Assembly (NCBI RefSeq): GCF_046119375.1
Contig: NW_027362773.1
Span: 228,532,001 to 228,596,000 of the forward strand
Direction of reading: 5' to 3'
DNA length: 64,000 bases
From: Phyllobates terribilis
Taxonomy: Eukaryota
This document shows positions 14,443 through 27,487 of this stretch, in pieces; the stretch's first letter is position 1, and every line of letters starts with the position of its first letter. The notes beneath the pieces are model-generated. The model saw nothing but the letters and a program-made list of their open reading frames with translations, was not told the DNA's origin and searched no databases. A program made the position numbers and the translations under genes.

Positions 14443-15105
14443 TATAAATGGGGAAGGGTGCACCATGCACCAGTCACTAAGTATATCAATTATTAGCGGG
14501 TGCTAGATCCTGCATCGAAATAATCAATCATAAATGGCAAAGAGAGAGGAAAGAAACAATGCAAAATTGGATGTGCACACCGAGATTCAAATCAATTATA
14601 TCAAAATACAAGGTTTATTAATGTACACTGACATACTAAAAACAATTAAAAACAGAGACCATGTCCAAGAATCACGAAGTAACAAATAACATGATGGTTC
14701 AAATAATCATGATTATAACATGGGTCCAGGTAGATCCACTCCCACAAACTTATGTATTCGTTATAGCCACCATATATCATGGAGATCAGGTATACCAGAA
14801 TATATCCACAACTGGGTAGAAAATCATGCAAAGATCAATAATACACAGATTTATGCTATATACTTTAGCTATAGTACAAAAAGAAAACAAAAAAAAAAAC
14901 AGGTGTCCCTGGAAGGGGTTAACAGCTACAATGCAATACCTGTATTGAAACCCAGTGTCTTGTGTATGTGCCACCATATAGTAATCAGGTGGAGGCAGAG
15001 GCTCAAATCAGATCTATGGTGCCTGATCTATTGCTGTCCAAGCAGCTTTGTCAGGGCAGGTCCTACCATTAATTTTGTCAGTACATACATATATATATAT
15101 ATATA

Positions 15106-16635
15106 CACTGCTCAAAAAATAAAGGGATCACTCAAATAACACATCCTAGATCTGAATGAATGAAATATTCTCATTGAATACTTTGTTCTGTACAAAGTTG
15201 AATGTGCTGACAACAAAATCGCACAAAAATCATCGATGGAAATCAAATTTATTAACCAATGGAGGCCTGGATTTGGAGTCACCCCCAAAATTAAAGTGGA
15301 AAAACACACTACAGGATGATCCAGCTTTGATGTAATGTCCTTAAAACAAGTCAAAATGAGGCTCAGTATTGTGTGTGGCCTCCACTTGCCTGTATGACCT
15401 CCCTACAACGCCTGGGCATGCTCCTGATGAGGTTGCGGATGGTCTCCTGTGGGATCTCCTCCCAGACCTGGACTAAAGCATCCGCCAACTCCTGGACAGT
15501 CTGTGGTGCAACGTGACGTTGGTGGATGGAGCGAGACATGATGTCCCAGATGTGCTCAATCAGATTCAGGTCTGGGGAATGGGCGGGCCAGTCCATAGCT
15601 TCAATGCCTTCATCTTGCAGGAACTGCTGACACACTCCAGCCACATGAGGTCTGGCATTGTCCTGCATTAGGAGGAACCCAGGGCCAACCGCACCAGCAT
15701 ATGGTCACACAAGGGGTCTGAGTATCTCATCTCGGTACCTAATGGCAGTCAGGCTACCTCTGTCGGGCACATGGAGGGCTGTGCGGCCCTCCAAAGAAAT
15801 GCCACCCCACACCATTACTGACCCACTGCCAAACCGGTCATGCTGAAGGATGTTGCAGGCAGCAGCTCGCTCTCCACGGCGTCTCCAGACTCTGTTACGT
15901 CTGTCACATGTGCTCTGTGTGAACCTGCTTTCATCTGTGAAGAGCACAGGGTGCCAGTGGTGACTTTGCCAATCCTGGTGTTCTGTGGCAAATGCCAAGT
16001 GTCCTGCACGGTGTTGGGCTGTGAGCACAACCTCCATCTGTGGACGTCGGGCCCTCATACCACCATCATGGAGTCGGTTTCTAACCATTTGTGCAGACAC
16101 ATGCACATTTGTGGCCTGCTGGAGGTCATTTTGCAGGACTCTGGCAGTGCTCCTCCTGTTCCTCCTTGCTTAAAGGCGAAGGTAGTCTCCGGGTGTACTG
16201 GCCTGTCTCCTGGTAGCGCCTCTGGACACTACGCTGACTGACACAGCAAACCTTCTTGCCACAGCTCGCATTGATGTGCCATCCTGGACCAGCTGCACAA
16301 CTTGAGCAACTTCTGCGGGTTGTAGAGTCAGTCTCATGCTACCACGAGTGTGAAAGCACAACCAACATTCAAAAGTGAGCAAAACATCAGCCAGAAAGCA
16401 TTGGTACTGAGATGTGGTCTGCGGTCCCCACCTGCAGAACCGCTCCTTTATTGAGTGTGTCTTGATAATTCCCACTAATTTCCATCTATTGTCTATTCCA
16501 TTTGCACAACTGCATGTGAAATTGATTGTCAATCAGTGTTGCTTCCTAAGTGGACAGTTTGATTTCACAGAAGTTTGATGTACTTGGAGTTATATTCTAT
16601 TGTGTAAGTGTTCCCTTTTATTTTTTTGAGCAGTG
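15106..16635 (-). mobile_element. Decayed Tc1 (family C, copy 1)
   Basis: TA-CACTGCTCAAAAAAATAAAGGG TIRs; fragments FTDESRF, QDNARPH, SPDLNLIEHIW. Confidence 0.92.
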
Positions 16636-17229
16636 TATATATATATATATAATATATACAGTAATTTCCTTACCCTTCAGTCTGGTGTGTGGAATGCATA
16701 GTCTCTGGAGACAGAAAGAGGACGCGGGTCCAGATGCAGGTCATATGAACAGTGTCACATGACCACTACCCATGAGGCCAAGAACGACATTGCACATGCA
16801 CAGTGAGATGAAAGGTGCTGTAAGGCAGCGCTCAACATCATGCTGGGGGACACTCGCTGCATCGGGTCAATTAAAGCACACCAGCCACGTTTTCCAGTAT
16901 TTCACAATCCGGCAGTTTATTACTCCTCATAACTGCTTATAACCGAGTCCAACTCAGTGGCTCGCCAACATTTACACTTACAATGTCCAGGAGCCTTTCA
17001 AGTGGCAGACAGGCCCACTTGGCTCCAGTTACAGCCTTCAGCAAAGTCACTTATATCAACGTCCATATAATGCAGTGCTTTACCTTTGCCGGCTTTTAGC
17101 TGCTTCAGTCAGAGGGGAGATCTGTGTATCTAGAGTGAGTACAGACCAATGCCGATGTAAAAAATTGCTCACCTGGTTCCACCCTGTACTGTAATCAGTG
17201 ATGAACCTGGGAGCAGGGAACGATGGTCG

Positions 17230-17991
17230 ATGGCATGGTGTCAAGAGGGATTCCTGGTTAGAATTCTATGCCCTCTGGAAAGCCCTTGAAATGGTCTTTT
17301 TCAGATAACCTCTTCGCAGGAATCTCTGTCAGCTCCTTGGCCTGTCTGTAGAAGTCAACATCCCGGGTACAATTTCATCGGATTCATAAGAACTGGCAAA
17401 CAGGTACTCCTCTCCTGTTGTGCATTGGGTGAAAGCTGCTATATTGGAGTAAACTGTTGGTTGAGGTAGGTTTGCGATACAAATCCGTTATGAGTTTGTT
17501 GTCTGAGGCAGAGATTTTAAGGTTCAAAACCGTGGCGGTACTAGATGAAATGGAATGGGTCTGGAAGATATTGTTAGTATACTGGTTCAAATCACATATG
17601 AACTGGGAACAATCCTCCTCGGTGCCTGACCAGATGAAAAAAAACATCATCTATGTACCTGTGCCAATGTGATGCCCGTTGTTGGAATGCTGTCATCCGA
17701 TACACCACCGTCTCCTCCCACCATCCTAAGAAGATGTTTGCGTATGCTGGCCCACATTGTGCGCCCATGGCCACGCCAGAGATCTGCTGATAATATTGTC
17801 TGTCAAACAAGAAGTAGTTATGGCAGAGTACAAAGTTTAACAGATCTATAGAAGGAAATATGCATATGGTTTTGATTGTCCATTCGATCGATGAAGAAGG
17901 TTAGTGCTATGATGCCGTCTTTGTGGTCAATGTTGGAGTATAGAGATTCTATATCGCAGGTATCGATCAATGCTTTATCCGGAAGGGTGAT
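17230..17991 (-). mobile_element. Penelope-like element RT fragment
   Basis: TCDIESLYSNI, GVAMGAQCGPAYANIF, RYIDD and TDLYRKPT...FHP motifs typical of PLE RTs; frameshifted. Confidence 0.85.
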
Positions 17992-18050
17992 TTGAAGAAC
18001 TGAAATAAATTAACTTTTTGATGATATTCTAAGTTTGTGAGTTGCTCCTG
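17992..18050 (+). mobile_element. Detached outer right TIR of Tc1 family A
   Basis: TTGAAGAACTGAAATAAATT...GCTCCTG-TA approximates the reverse complement of the 11773 left TIR. Confidence 0.8.
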
Positions 18051-18412
18051 TATCTCATCTGCCAGTGAGGTCCTCACAAATAAACTGGGAGCTGAGAGTA
18101 GCTCTGAGGGGCCGTAGCGACATAACTTGATCCTTATGGTCCACACAGGGAATGATGAGCCTTCCCATAATAGTTTACTGGACTGTTGCAGCTTGTAGCA
18201 AAATGTACATACCGCTACATGTAATCAGAAAGTTCCTGACTGCTTAATGCAGGAGAAGCATTCATAAAGTATTGAAAAGTTTAAATTTTTAACTTCATCT
18301 CCATACCATCTGGTAGTACCCGCCAAGTACAATGGCAGCATGCGGTCTGCAGAGTTGGGGAGATATGACACCGCCAAATATTATATATGTATATACACAC
18401 ACACATACACAC

Positions 18413-19631
18413 ACACAGTCAAAATTGTTGGTACCCCTCGTTTAATGAAAGAAAAACCCAAAATGGTCACAGAATTAACTTAAATCTGACAAAAGTATTA
18501 ATGAATTAAAAATCTTTGAAAATAAACAAAGGAAAGTCAGACATTGCTTTACAACCCTGCTTCCATAGATTTTTTTAAAAAAATGAAACTCCTGAAATAG
18601 GCCTGGACAGAAATGATGGTACTCTTACCTTAATATTTTGTTGAACAACCTTTTGAGGCAATCACTGCAATCAAACAATTCCTGTAACTGTCAATGAGAC
18701 TTCTGCACCTCTCGACAGGTATTTTAGCCCACTCCTCATGAGCAAACTGCTCCAGTTGTCTCATGTTTGAAGGTTGCCTTTTCCAGACGGCGTGTTTCAG
18801 CTCTTTCCAAAGATGCTCAATAGGATTTAGGTCAGGAGCATAGAAGGCCACTTCAGAATAGTCCAATGTTTTCCTCTTAGCCATTCTTGGGTGTTTTTAG
18901 CTGTGTGTTTTGGGTCATTATCCTGTTGCAAGACCCATGACCTGCTACTGCGGCCAAGCTTTCTGACACTGGGCAGCACATTTCTCTCTAGAATCCCTTG
19001 ATAGTCTTGAAATATTTATTGTACCCTGCGCAGATTCAAGACACCCTGTGCCAGATGCATTTGTCATCAATTTTCCTCCTGCGGCCACGTCCAGGGAGGT
19101 TGGCTACAGTCCCATGGATCTTACATTTCTGAATAATATGTGCAACTGTAGTCACAGGAACATCAAGCTACTTGGAGATGGTCTTCTTACCTTTTAACAT
19201 GCTTGTCTATAATTTTCTTTCTAATCTCCTGAGAGAACTCTTTCCTTTGCTTCCTCTGGTCATGTTGAGTGTGGTACACACCATGTCACCAAACAGCACA
19301 GTGAGTATCTGTAGCCCTATATACAGGCCCATTGACTGATTACAAGATTGTAGACACCTGTGATGCTAATTAGTGGACACAACTTGATTTAACATGTCCC
19401 TTTTGTCACATTATTTTCAGGGGTACCATTATTTCTGTCCAGGCCTATTTCATGAGTTTAATTTTTAAAAAATTCTGTGGAGGCAGGGTTGAAAAGCAAT
19501 GTCTGACTATCATTTGTTCATTTTCATAGATTTTTAATTTATTATTGCGTTTGTCAGATTCAAGTTATTTCTGTGACCATTGTGGGTTTTTCTTTCATTA
19601 AACGGGGGGTACCAACAATTTTGACCATGTT
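18413..19631 (-). mobile_element. Internally deleted Tc1 (family D)
   Basis: Long IRs GTCAAAATTGTTGGTACCCC; C-terminal [11 protein letters not shown]...KGCSTKY and N-terminal remnants. Confidence 0.85.
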
Positions 19632-19721
19632 TAGTTAAGTCATGGCCATAACAACTTTATTATACTCTATTATCCTATACACAGGGCCGTAGATAGAAAT
19701 CACAGATCAGAGTACAATATC

Positions 19722-20881
19722 AGATCTGGCCAAGGTTACAAAAGAATTTCTGCTGTACTCAAAGTTCCTAAAAGCACAGTGGCCTCCATAATCCTTAAAT
19801 GGAAGAAGTTTGGGACCACCAGAAGTCTTCCTAGACCTGGCCGTCCAGCCAAACTGAGCAATCATGTGAGAAGAGCCTTGGTGAGAGAGGTAAAGAAGAA
19901 CCCCACGATCACTGTGGCTGAGTTCCAGAGATGCAGTAGGGAGATGGAAGAAAGTTCCACAAAGTCAACTATCACTGCAGCCCTCTACCAGTCGGCCCTT
20001 TATGGCAGAGTGGCCAGACGGAAGCCTCTCCTAGTGCAAGACATATGAAAGCCCGCATAGTTTGCTCAAAAACACATGAAGGACTCCCAGACTATGATAA
20101 ATAAGATTCTCTGGTCTGATGAGACGAAGATAGAATTATCACCAAAAAGTTCTAAGCGGTATGTGTGGAGAAAACGAGGCACTGCTCACCACCTGCCCAA
20201 TACAATCCCAACAGTGAAACATGGTGGTGGCAGCATCATGCTATGTGGGTGTTTTTCAGCTGCAGGGACAGAACGACTGGTTGTAATTGAAGGAAACATG
20301 AATGCCGCCAACTACAGAGATATCCTGGATGAAAACCTCTTCCAAAGTGCTCTGGACCTCAGACTTGGCCAAAGATTCACCTTCCAACAAGACAATGACC
20401 CTAAGCACAAAGCTAAAATAACAAAGGAGTGGCTTCAGAACAACTCTGTGACCATTCTTGACTGGCCCAGCCAGAGCCCTGACCTAAACCCAATTGAGCA
20501 TCTCTGGAGAGACCTTAAAATGGCTGTCCACCAACATTCACCATCCAACTTGACGGAACTGGAGAGGATCTGCAAGGAAGAATGGCAGAGGATCCCCAAA
20601 TCCAGGTGTGAAAAACTTGTTGCATCATTCCCAAGAAGACTCATGGCTGTACTAGCTCAAAAGGGTGCTTCTACTCAATACTGAGCAAAGGGTCTGAATA
20701 CTTATGACCATATGATATTTCAGTTTTTCTTTTTTAATAAATTGGCAAAAAATTCTACATTTGTTTTTTTTTTCCAGTCAAGATGGGGTGCAGAGTGTAC
20801 TTTTAATGAGAAAAAAATGAAATTTTTAGAATTTACGAAATGGCTGCAATAAAACAGAGTGAAAAATTTAAAGGGGTCTAA
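19722..20881 (+). mobile_element. 5'-truncated Tc1 (family E), running into the gap
   Basis: Frameshifted transposase 19779-20684 ([25 protein letters not shown]) followed by a long right IR. Confidence 0.9.
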
Positions 20882-21042
20882 NNNNNNNNNNNNNNNNNNN
20901 NNNNNNNNNNNNNNNNNNNNNNNNNNNNNNNNNNNNNNNNNNNNNNNNNNNNNNNNNNNNNNNNNNNNNNNNNNNNNNNNNNNNNNNNNNNNNNNNNNNN
21001 NNNNNNNNNNNNNNNNNNNNNNNNNNNNNNNNNNNNNNNNNN
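20882..21042. other. Assembly gap (161 N)
   Basis: Run of N. Confidence 1.
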
Positions 21043-21559
21043 AATAAGTAATGCCTCCTATTTTTTTTCTCCTTAAATAAGGTAGTTATGTTAAATATTT
21101 TCGAATTTGGCACAATTCCTCAAACCTTCTTCTCCAATCCACAGCATTTGCAACTTCCTGCACCAACAGGTGGCAGGACTGTATCCGTTTGCAAAATGGC
21201 TGACATCGATGTTCGTATTAGACAACGTTCTGTGATTGAATTCTTGCATGCAGATGGTGAAACTCCCATTCGAATTCATGAGAGACTGAAAAATGTGTAC
21301 GGTGATGCAACAGTGGATGTCAGTACTGTTAGACGATGGGTATGTGCACGGTGGGTCCCAAGAATGCTTTTTACCATGCTGGAATACATGCCCTTGTTAA
21401 ACGGTGGACCAAGACTGTGGAAATGGATGGAGATTTTATTGAAAAGTGACAAATTAATCATTAATGTTGTGGTTTTCAACCTATGTTATTGCATTTGAAT
21501 TTCTTGCCAATTAAAAGGAGGAAAAAAAATAGGAGGCATTGCTTATTGACTGACCCTCG
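21043..21559 (+). mobile_element. Internally deleted mariner element
   Basis: IRs AATAAGTAATGCCTCCTATTTT / AAAATAGGAGGCATTGCTTATTGACTGACCCTCG; mariner HTH-like QRSVIEFL...IHERLKNVYGD...STVRRW. Confidence 0.85.
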
Positions 21560-21837
21560 TGTGTGTGTGTGTGTGTGTATGTGTGTATGTGTGTATATAT
21601 ATATATATATAAATAATGTGTGTGTATTCCCCCCCCCCCCCCCCCGAGTACAGCTATTTTACTCTGATCTGTGATTTGTATCTATGCCACTGTGTATAGG
21701 ATAATAGAGTATAATAAAGTTGTTATGGCCATGACTTAACTCATTTGTGCAGTGACTGTTTTCCCTATAGTGATGGATTTCTTGTTGCTAAAACTGATAT
21801 TTTTTTCATATTAAACCTTTTTTTAATTTTTTTTTAA

Positions 21838-23821
21838 CCCCTTAATGACCGCCGATATGCATTAAAACAGCAGTCGTTAAGGGGTCTTGTTTCCTCATTG
21901 CTGTTTTAAAACTGCAATCTGGAATAAAGGAATATTTCCACCCGGCGGCAGCAATTCCCGCGGGTGTCACCTATATGTGACAGCTGACACCCTGCAGTAT
22001 TGACCCTGACCGGTTTTGCGACCAATCGTGGCCAATTAACCCCTGAAATATAGCTGTCAATCGCGACAGCAGTGTTTAAGTTGTTACAAGGGCGTCACAA
22101 GCTCTCCTTTGTAACCATTGGACCCTCGCGATGAGGATTGCGGGTCCCGATGGTTACCATGGTACCCTGAGGTCATGTGATGCATGTGAGATCCAGCTAA
22201 GCTATGAGCTGACTGCTCTCATGCGCTGCAGTACACGAATACTGCAGTGTTTGAGACCAGTGATAAAAATAAAAATTATACATGTCCCACAGTGAAAAAG
22301 TGAAAAAACGTGAAAAGAAATATATAAAATGGTAAAAAAAAAAAAACGCACACAAATCACGAAAAGCTATTTTGAAGCAAAAAAAAGTACACATAATTGG
22401 TATCGCCGCGTCCGGAACGGCCCACTATACAGAACTGGCTTGTTATTTATTCTGTTTGGTGAACACCGTAAAAAAAAAAAAAATAAAAACACTCCAAAAA
22501 TGTCGCTTTTTCATCATACTCACAAACAAGTGAATAAAAAACTATCAGAAAGTCATATGTAAAAAAAAAAAAATTGCTAAAAATGAAAATGACAAACCGC
22601 AAAAATTAAGCCCTAATATAGCTCATTCGGCAAAAAAAAGAAAAAAGCTACAGCTCTCAGAATATGGCAATCTAAACACAAATTCATTTTTGCAAAATAT
22701 ATAATTTTTAGTCTGTAAAAATAGCAAAGCATAAATAATATAAATCTGGTATTGCTGTAATCGTACCGACCCGACGAACAAATCGGTCTCATCACTTTTA
22801 CCACACGGCGAACAGTGCAAAAAATGAAAACGATGACTGTATGGCTGTTATTTTTTGTTCATTCTGTGTCTGAAAAATCTGGATAAGCGATCAAAAATAT
22901 TATGGGCCCCAAAATGGAACCAAAAAAATCTGCAACTCGACCCGCGAACAATAAGCCGTCATACAGCTCTGTTTGAGAGCTGTAACTTTTTAATTTTTTT
23001 GGCAGAGTATAGCGACGAAAAAAACTAGTTTTTATTAAAAAAAACAAAACATTTTTACTGTGTGATAGCAGCAAAACCTTTAAAAAAAACAATATATATC
23101 TGGTATCACTGTAATTGCACCGACCCAAAGAATAAAGCCGCCTTATCACTTATACTGCACGGAAAATGGCGCAAAGATAAAAATAACAAACTATTCCTGT
23201 GCTGCTGACTATTTGTTCATTCTACCTCCCAAAAATGGGAATAAGGTCGACCCACATTTATCCTGCTCTCTCCACTGAGCACTTACATCAGGGTTTTTGT
23301 GTAAATTCACCAAAACCGCAATTCAAACAAAACCCTGGATGGAACCACTCACTTATGAGGCCGATGGAGTCACTTTGGACTTGTCTGGTCAACGGTCTCC
23401 CATTTTTTTAGGCGTCTTTTTAGAGCACAAGTGTGGGCGACCACAGATCTGTGCACCGGAGCAGACGCCAAACGGAGCCCAAGGTGTCTCCATCTGCCTC
23501 ATCATAGTGGGAGGTTCTATTGGGGGTTTCTTCTCAATTGCATTTTTGTGAAATTTACACGGAAACCCCTCGATAAGTGCTCAGTGTTGAACACAAGATT
23601 GTGATCCCGGCTTTATTCTGGATGCGACAAAAAATATTATGTGTCACAAAATGTTACCAATAAAAACCCCAATTTATCCCGCACCAAACTATCCCCACTT
23701 AGGTCTGTCACTGGAACTATAGGAGGTTCCCACATTGCTGGTAGAACAAACGCAAACTACAAACAGAATTGTAAAATATGGCTTGGCCATTAAGGTCAAA
23801 ATTGGCTCTGTCACTAAGGGG
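21838..23821. mobile_element. piggyBac-like non-autonomous element (about 2 kb)
   Basis: TTAA-CCCCTTAATGACC...GTCACTAAGGGG-TTAC; internal sequence shared with about 51880-52600. Confidence 0.75.
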
Positions 23822-24467
23822 TTACACAACTCTCCTATGCAACGTACAAGCCTCTGATTGCTCTGGTGATGCCCTGTAGTGCAGTGTAATACTAACGGCC
23901 CCATACAGATGAGATAAGTGCTGGTGAATGGTCATTTGGCAGACGACTATCTCTTTCGACTCCCCCATACACACAAATATTCCAGCTTTCCTGTGGTCTG
24001 TATGAGAAAGTCGCCTCCAGACTCCTCTAGTGGAGGATTATCTACAGAAAAAATAAACTGAAATTCAGGATGCCAGATCCTTCTCTGCCCTTACATCATC
24101 TTTCTGGAGGCCCCCAAATATATTATATAGTCGACCAAACCCCCAAAGTCAGTTCTTTCATGCAACTTTAGTGTAATATGTATGGCGGTGTTAAAAAGTA
24201 ACTTATAGGATGCTGCCTCTGGCCCTGCCTAATGGGCTTTTGTACATTGAAGTCCCAGAGACCATTATTAAGCATTTACGTATCGTAGTAACTAGGCAGC
24301 CTCATACTATCAAGTACTTGAGGGAGGTGGGGCATTGAGCCGAACTCTGTGAAACCTTAGATGCCATGTTTGGTTTTTACAGCAGCAAGTGGTTAAACTG
24401 CCAGGGTTTGTGTAGCAGCCACACCTGTGCCATCCCTGTGGTGAACAGCTATGTTCTGGTGCCCAAA

Positions 24468-25778
24468 ATAGTTTTTTAAGACTATAAGACGCACTTTTTT
24501 TCTCCAAAATTTTGGAGGAAAGTGGGGGATGCATGTTATAGTCCGAATGTATATGGTGGTTGTGGGTGGTGTGGGGGAGTGGCAGTGGCGGTGGAGCGGG
24601 CACAGGAGGCAGGAGCCGCCTGCTGCAGCCTACACTGTGCCCACTACTAAAGAATATGAATATTCACTGCTCTTCACGCCCACGGGTGTGGGGAGCAGTG
24701 AATATTTATTTTCTTTAATAGCTGGCACACTGTACCGCAGCGCGGCTCCTGCTGCTGCTCTGCGGTGTGTGTGCCTGCTATTAAAGTCCATGAATATTCT
24801 ATACAACCCACTCCCATGGGTTGTAGTAAATATTCATGAACTATAATAGCGTGCACAATGTACCGCAGCGCGGCTCCTGCAGCAGCCGGCGGTCAGTGTG
24901 CCCTCTATTAAAGTCCATGAATATTCACTACAACCCATGGGAGGGGTTGTAGAAAATATTAATGGACTTTAATAGCAGGCACGCTGACCGCCTTCTGCTG
25001 CAGGAGTTGCGCTGCGGTTCAGTGTGCACGGTATTAGAGAATCAATGGTCCCTGCTCCCCACGCACACAGTCCAGGCGTGGGGAGCAGTTACTCTGCCAG
25101 CACAGCATCTCACAGTGTGAGGGCGCATGGCGTCATCCCCATGCGCGGCTCACACTGAGATCAGTGCTGGCTGCAGAGGAGGACATAGCGCTGGAACACA
25201 GGGAAGAAAGGTGAGTAGGACTCAGTTTATTTTTTTGTGTGCAGCATGGGATGGGGGGTGCCAAGCATACCAGGAAAAAGGATCAGGGGGACCATACATA
25301 CCAGGAAGAAGAATGAGGGGGACCATACATACCAGGAAGAAGGATGAGGGGGACCATACATACCAGGAAGAGGGATGAGGGGGACCATACATACCAGGAA
25401 GATGGATGAGGGGGGCCATGCATATCAGAATGGGGATGAGGGGTACCATGCATACCAGGATGGTAAATTGGGGTGCCATGCATACCAGGATGGTGGATTG
25501 GGGTGCCATGCATACCAGGATGGGGATGAGGGGTGCTATGCATACCAGGATGGTGATGAGTGCCACGTATAACAGGAAGAAAGGGCCATTAATACTAGGA
25601 TGGAGGATATTAACAGAATTGGGGAGCATTACCCCAATACTAGTGTCAGCAGCCGACCCCCTCCCCCATAACAGTGCATCATGTCCACATTTCTTGCTTA
25701 CATTTTTTTTCTATTTTCCTCCTCTAAAACCTAGGTGCGTCTTATGGTCCGGTGCGTCTTATGGTCCGAAAAATACGG
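24468..25778. mobile_element. Tc1/mariner-superfamily MITE (pogo/Tc2-like ends) containing a minisatellite
   Basis: Right end GTGCGTCTTATGGTCCGAAAAATACGG-TA; degenerate left end GACTATAAGACGCAC. Confidence 0.7.
25270..25560. repeat. 30/31-bp minisatellite
   Basis: GGATGAGGGGGACCATACATACCAGGAAGA-type units (31 bp), then GGGTGCCATGCATACCAGGATGG-type units (30 bp). Confidence 0.9.
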
Positions 25779-26592
25779 TAATTTCTTTTAAAACAAATGT
25801 TTAATGTGTTAAAAATATAACAGAATGTGTCTTATGCTTTTTGTATGTTTTTTTTTTTACAAGAATTGTTGGTGTAAATTTTCTTTTGAAACATTTTAAT
25901 ATCTGCTTTTATTCTGGAGTTTTTCTTGTAATATAGGATAGCTTAAGGCCAGAAATAAACTCCATGAAACACTGTACATGGAGACTTTGGTATCAAATAA
26001 CTCCTGTCTTCGTGTTCTTACAAACAAGCTTTCATAAATGCCTCAAACTTCTGTGTGTGAATCAAACCTGAGATGTAACGTGATAGAAGATGACAGTCCG
26101 GAGAAGATGGGAAACATGTAGACAGCCGGTGGTGATGTAGTCAGTGACGGACTCTGGCCAAATATGTTTCTAGAGCCGTAGTAGAAGGTCGTCCTCATCA
26201 TGGAGTAGTTATTTCTCATGTCACGTATAATGAATATCTCCTGCAGTATTGCTAATGTCATTTTCAGTGTCTGTAAATGAGATGAGAATTAGCAATAAGG
26301 AAGATGAGTTTATGAAAAACATTTTCAGTTGCGGACTGCAAGAAAGAAACTGCTTGTTGTCTGTGGCCTAAAATATATAGGTTTTATTACTAGACTTAAA
26401 GATGAAAACTAAATACTGTCAAATAATAAATCTCCTCATATGTTTACCTTAATATCTCCAGTGATTGTATTTATTACACTGGATTTTTATGATGTTACAT
26501 CTGTTCATCTTCTTATTCAGGTCTCTGCAATATAGGATCCTAACAGTGAAGATCTTCTATATATGAGAATTTTCCAGATTTACCCATCAAAG

Positions 26593-26670
26593 ATGGATAT
26601 GGACAGAGACATGATGGCGGAGAGGATATTACATCTCACCCTAGAGATCATCTTCCGGATTACTGGAGAG
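26593..26670 (+). CDS. KRAB-like C2H2 zinc-finger gene, coding exon 1
   Basis: AG acceptor at 26520; strong-Kozak ATG at 26593 (weaker in-frame ATG at 26563, in-frame TAG further upstream); MDMDRDMMAERILHLTLEIIFRITGE; GT donor. Confidence 0.88.
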
Positions 26671-26772
26671 GTGAGAGATTCTGATGTCACATTACATCAT
26701 TCTTATCTCTGGGAATAACAGATGGACAGAACTGGAGAGGTGAGGTTTATTAATGTGTCTCTCCATAACCAG

Positions 26773-26952
26773 GATTACACAGTAGTGAAGAAGACCTCTA
26801 GTGAACACTGTCAGGACCCTGTATCTAAGGGATGGGGAAGACCCCTGAGCCCAATCATGGGGCCTCCACCTCATTTCCTGATACATGAGGACATCAATGG
26901 CCAGAAGATCCTAGAACTCACCTACAAGATGATTGAGCTGCTGACTAGAGAG
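26773..26952 (+). CDS. Zinc-finger gene, coding exon 2
   Basis: CAG/GT bounds, 180 nt, phase 0-0; DYTVVKKTSS...QKILELTYKMIELLTRE. Confidence 0.9.
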
Positions 26953-27035
26953 GTGACACTCCTGGGAATGCTGGGACTTTATACAGTAACGCTATGAAGG
27001 GATCGAGGGCATGACGGTATCATTGTGTGTGACAG

Positions 27036-27159
27036 GTTCCTATAAGGTGTCAGGATGTCGCCGTCTACTTCTCCATGGAGGAGTGGGAGTATTTAGAAGG
27101 ACACAAAGATGTGTACAAGGACGTCAGGATGGGGGTTCCCCAGCCACTCACATCACCAG
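27036..27159 (+). CDS. Zinc-finger gene, coding exon 3 (KRAB-A-like)
   Basis: [33 protein letters not shown]; GTAAG donor, phase 1. Confidence 0.92.
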
Positions 27160-27239
27160 GTAAGAGACCAGACTAAATACACACGGCCTAGTATCTGTAT
27201 GTAAAGAATTAATTCAGTCCCTATATGTGTTTACTCCAG

Positions 27240-27337
27240 ATCCATCCAGTAAGAGGACAATGCCAGAGAGATGTCCTCGTCTTATTCTTCCACAGGACTG
27301 TAAACAGAAAGATCCCAAGATTCCTCAGGAGCATCAG
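27240..27337 (+). CDS. Zinc-finger gene, coding exon 4
   Basis: 98 nt, phase 1-0; DPSSKRTMPERCPRLILPQDCKQKDPKIPQEHQ. Confidence 0.88.
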
Positions 27338-27487
27338 GTAGATGGAGAGAAGGTGTCATGAGATCTCCCCTGCAATGTGTAGATGGCTGTGAAGGTCTTT
27401 TGTTCAGTCTTGTTTTATCCACCTGAATTATATGGTTTATACTTGTGTAATGAGAAATGTGGAAATAGCAGGATTAGAATTGATTAT

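Noticed and set aside
20859-21113. ORFs spanning the N-run
   Set aside because: Artefacts of the assembly gap.
25170-25220. GGTGAGTA donor as the zinc-finger gene's first exon
   Set aside because: It lies inside a MITE where such motifs are common, and there is no transcript evidence. The true upstream exon is unresolved.
25127-25804. Overlapping Met/Gly/His-rich ORFs
   Set aside because: Translations of a 30/31-bp minisatellite inside a MITE.
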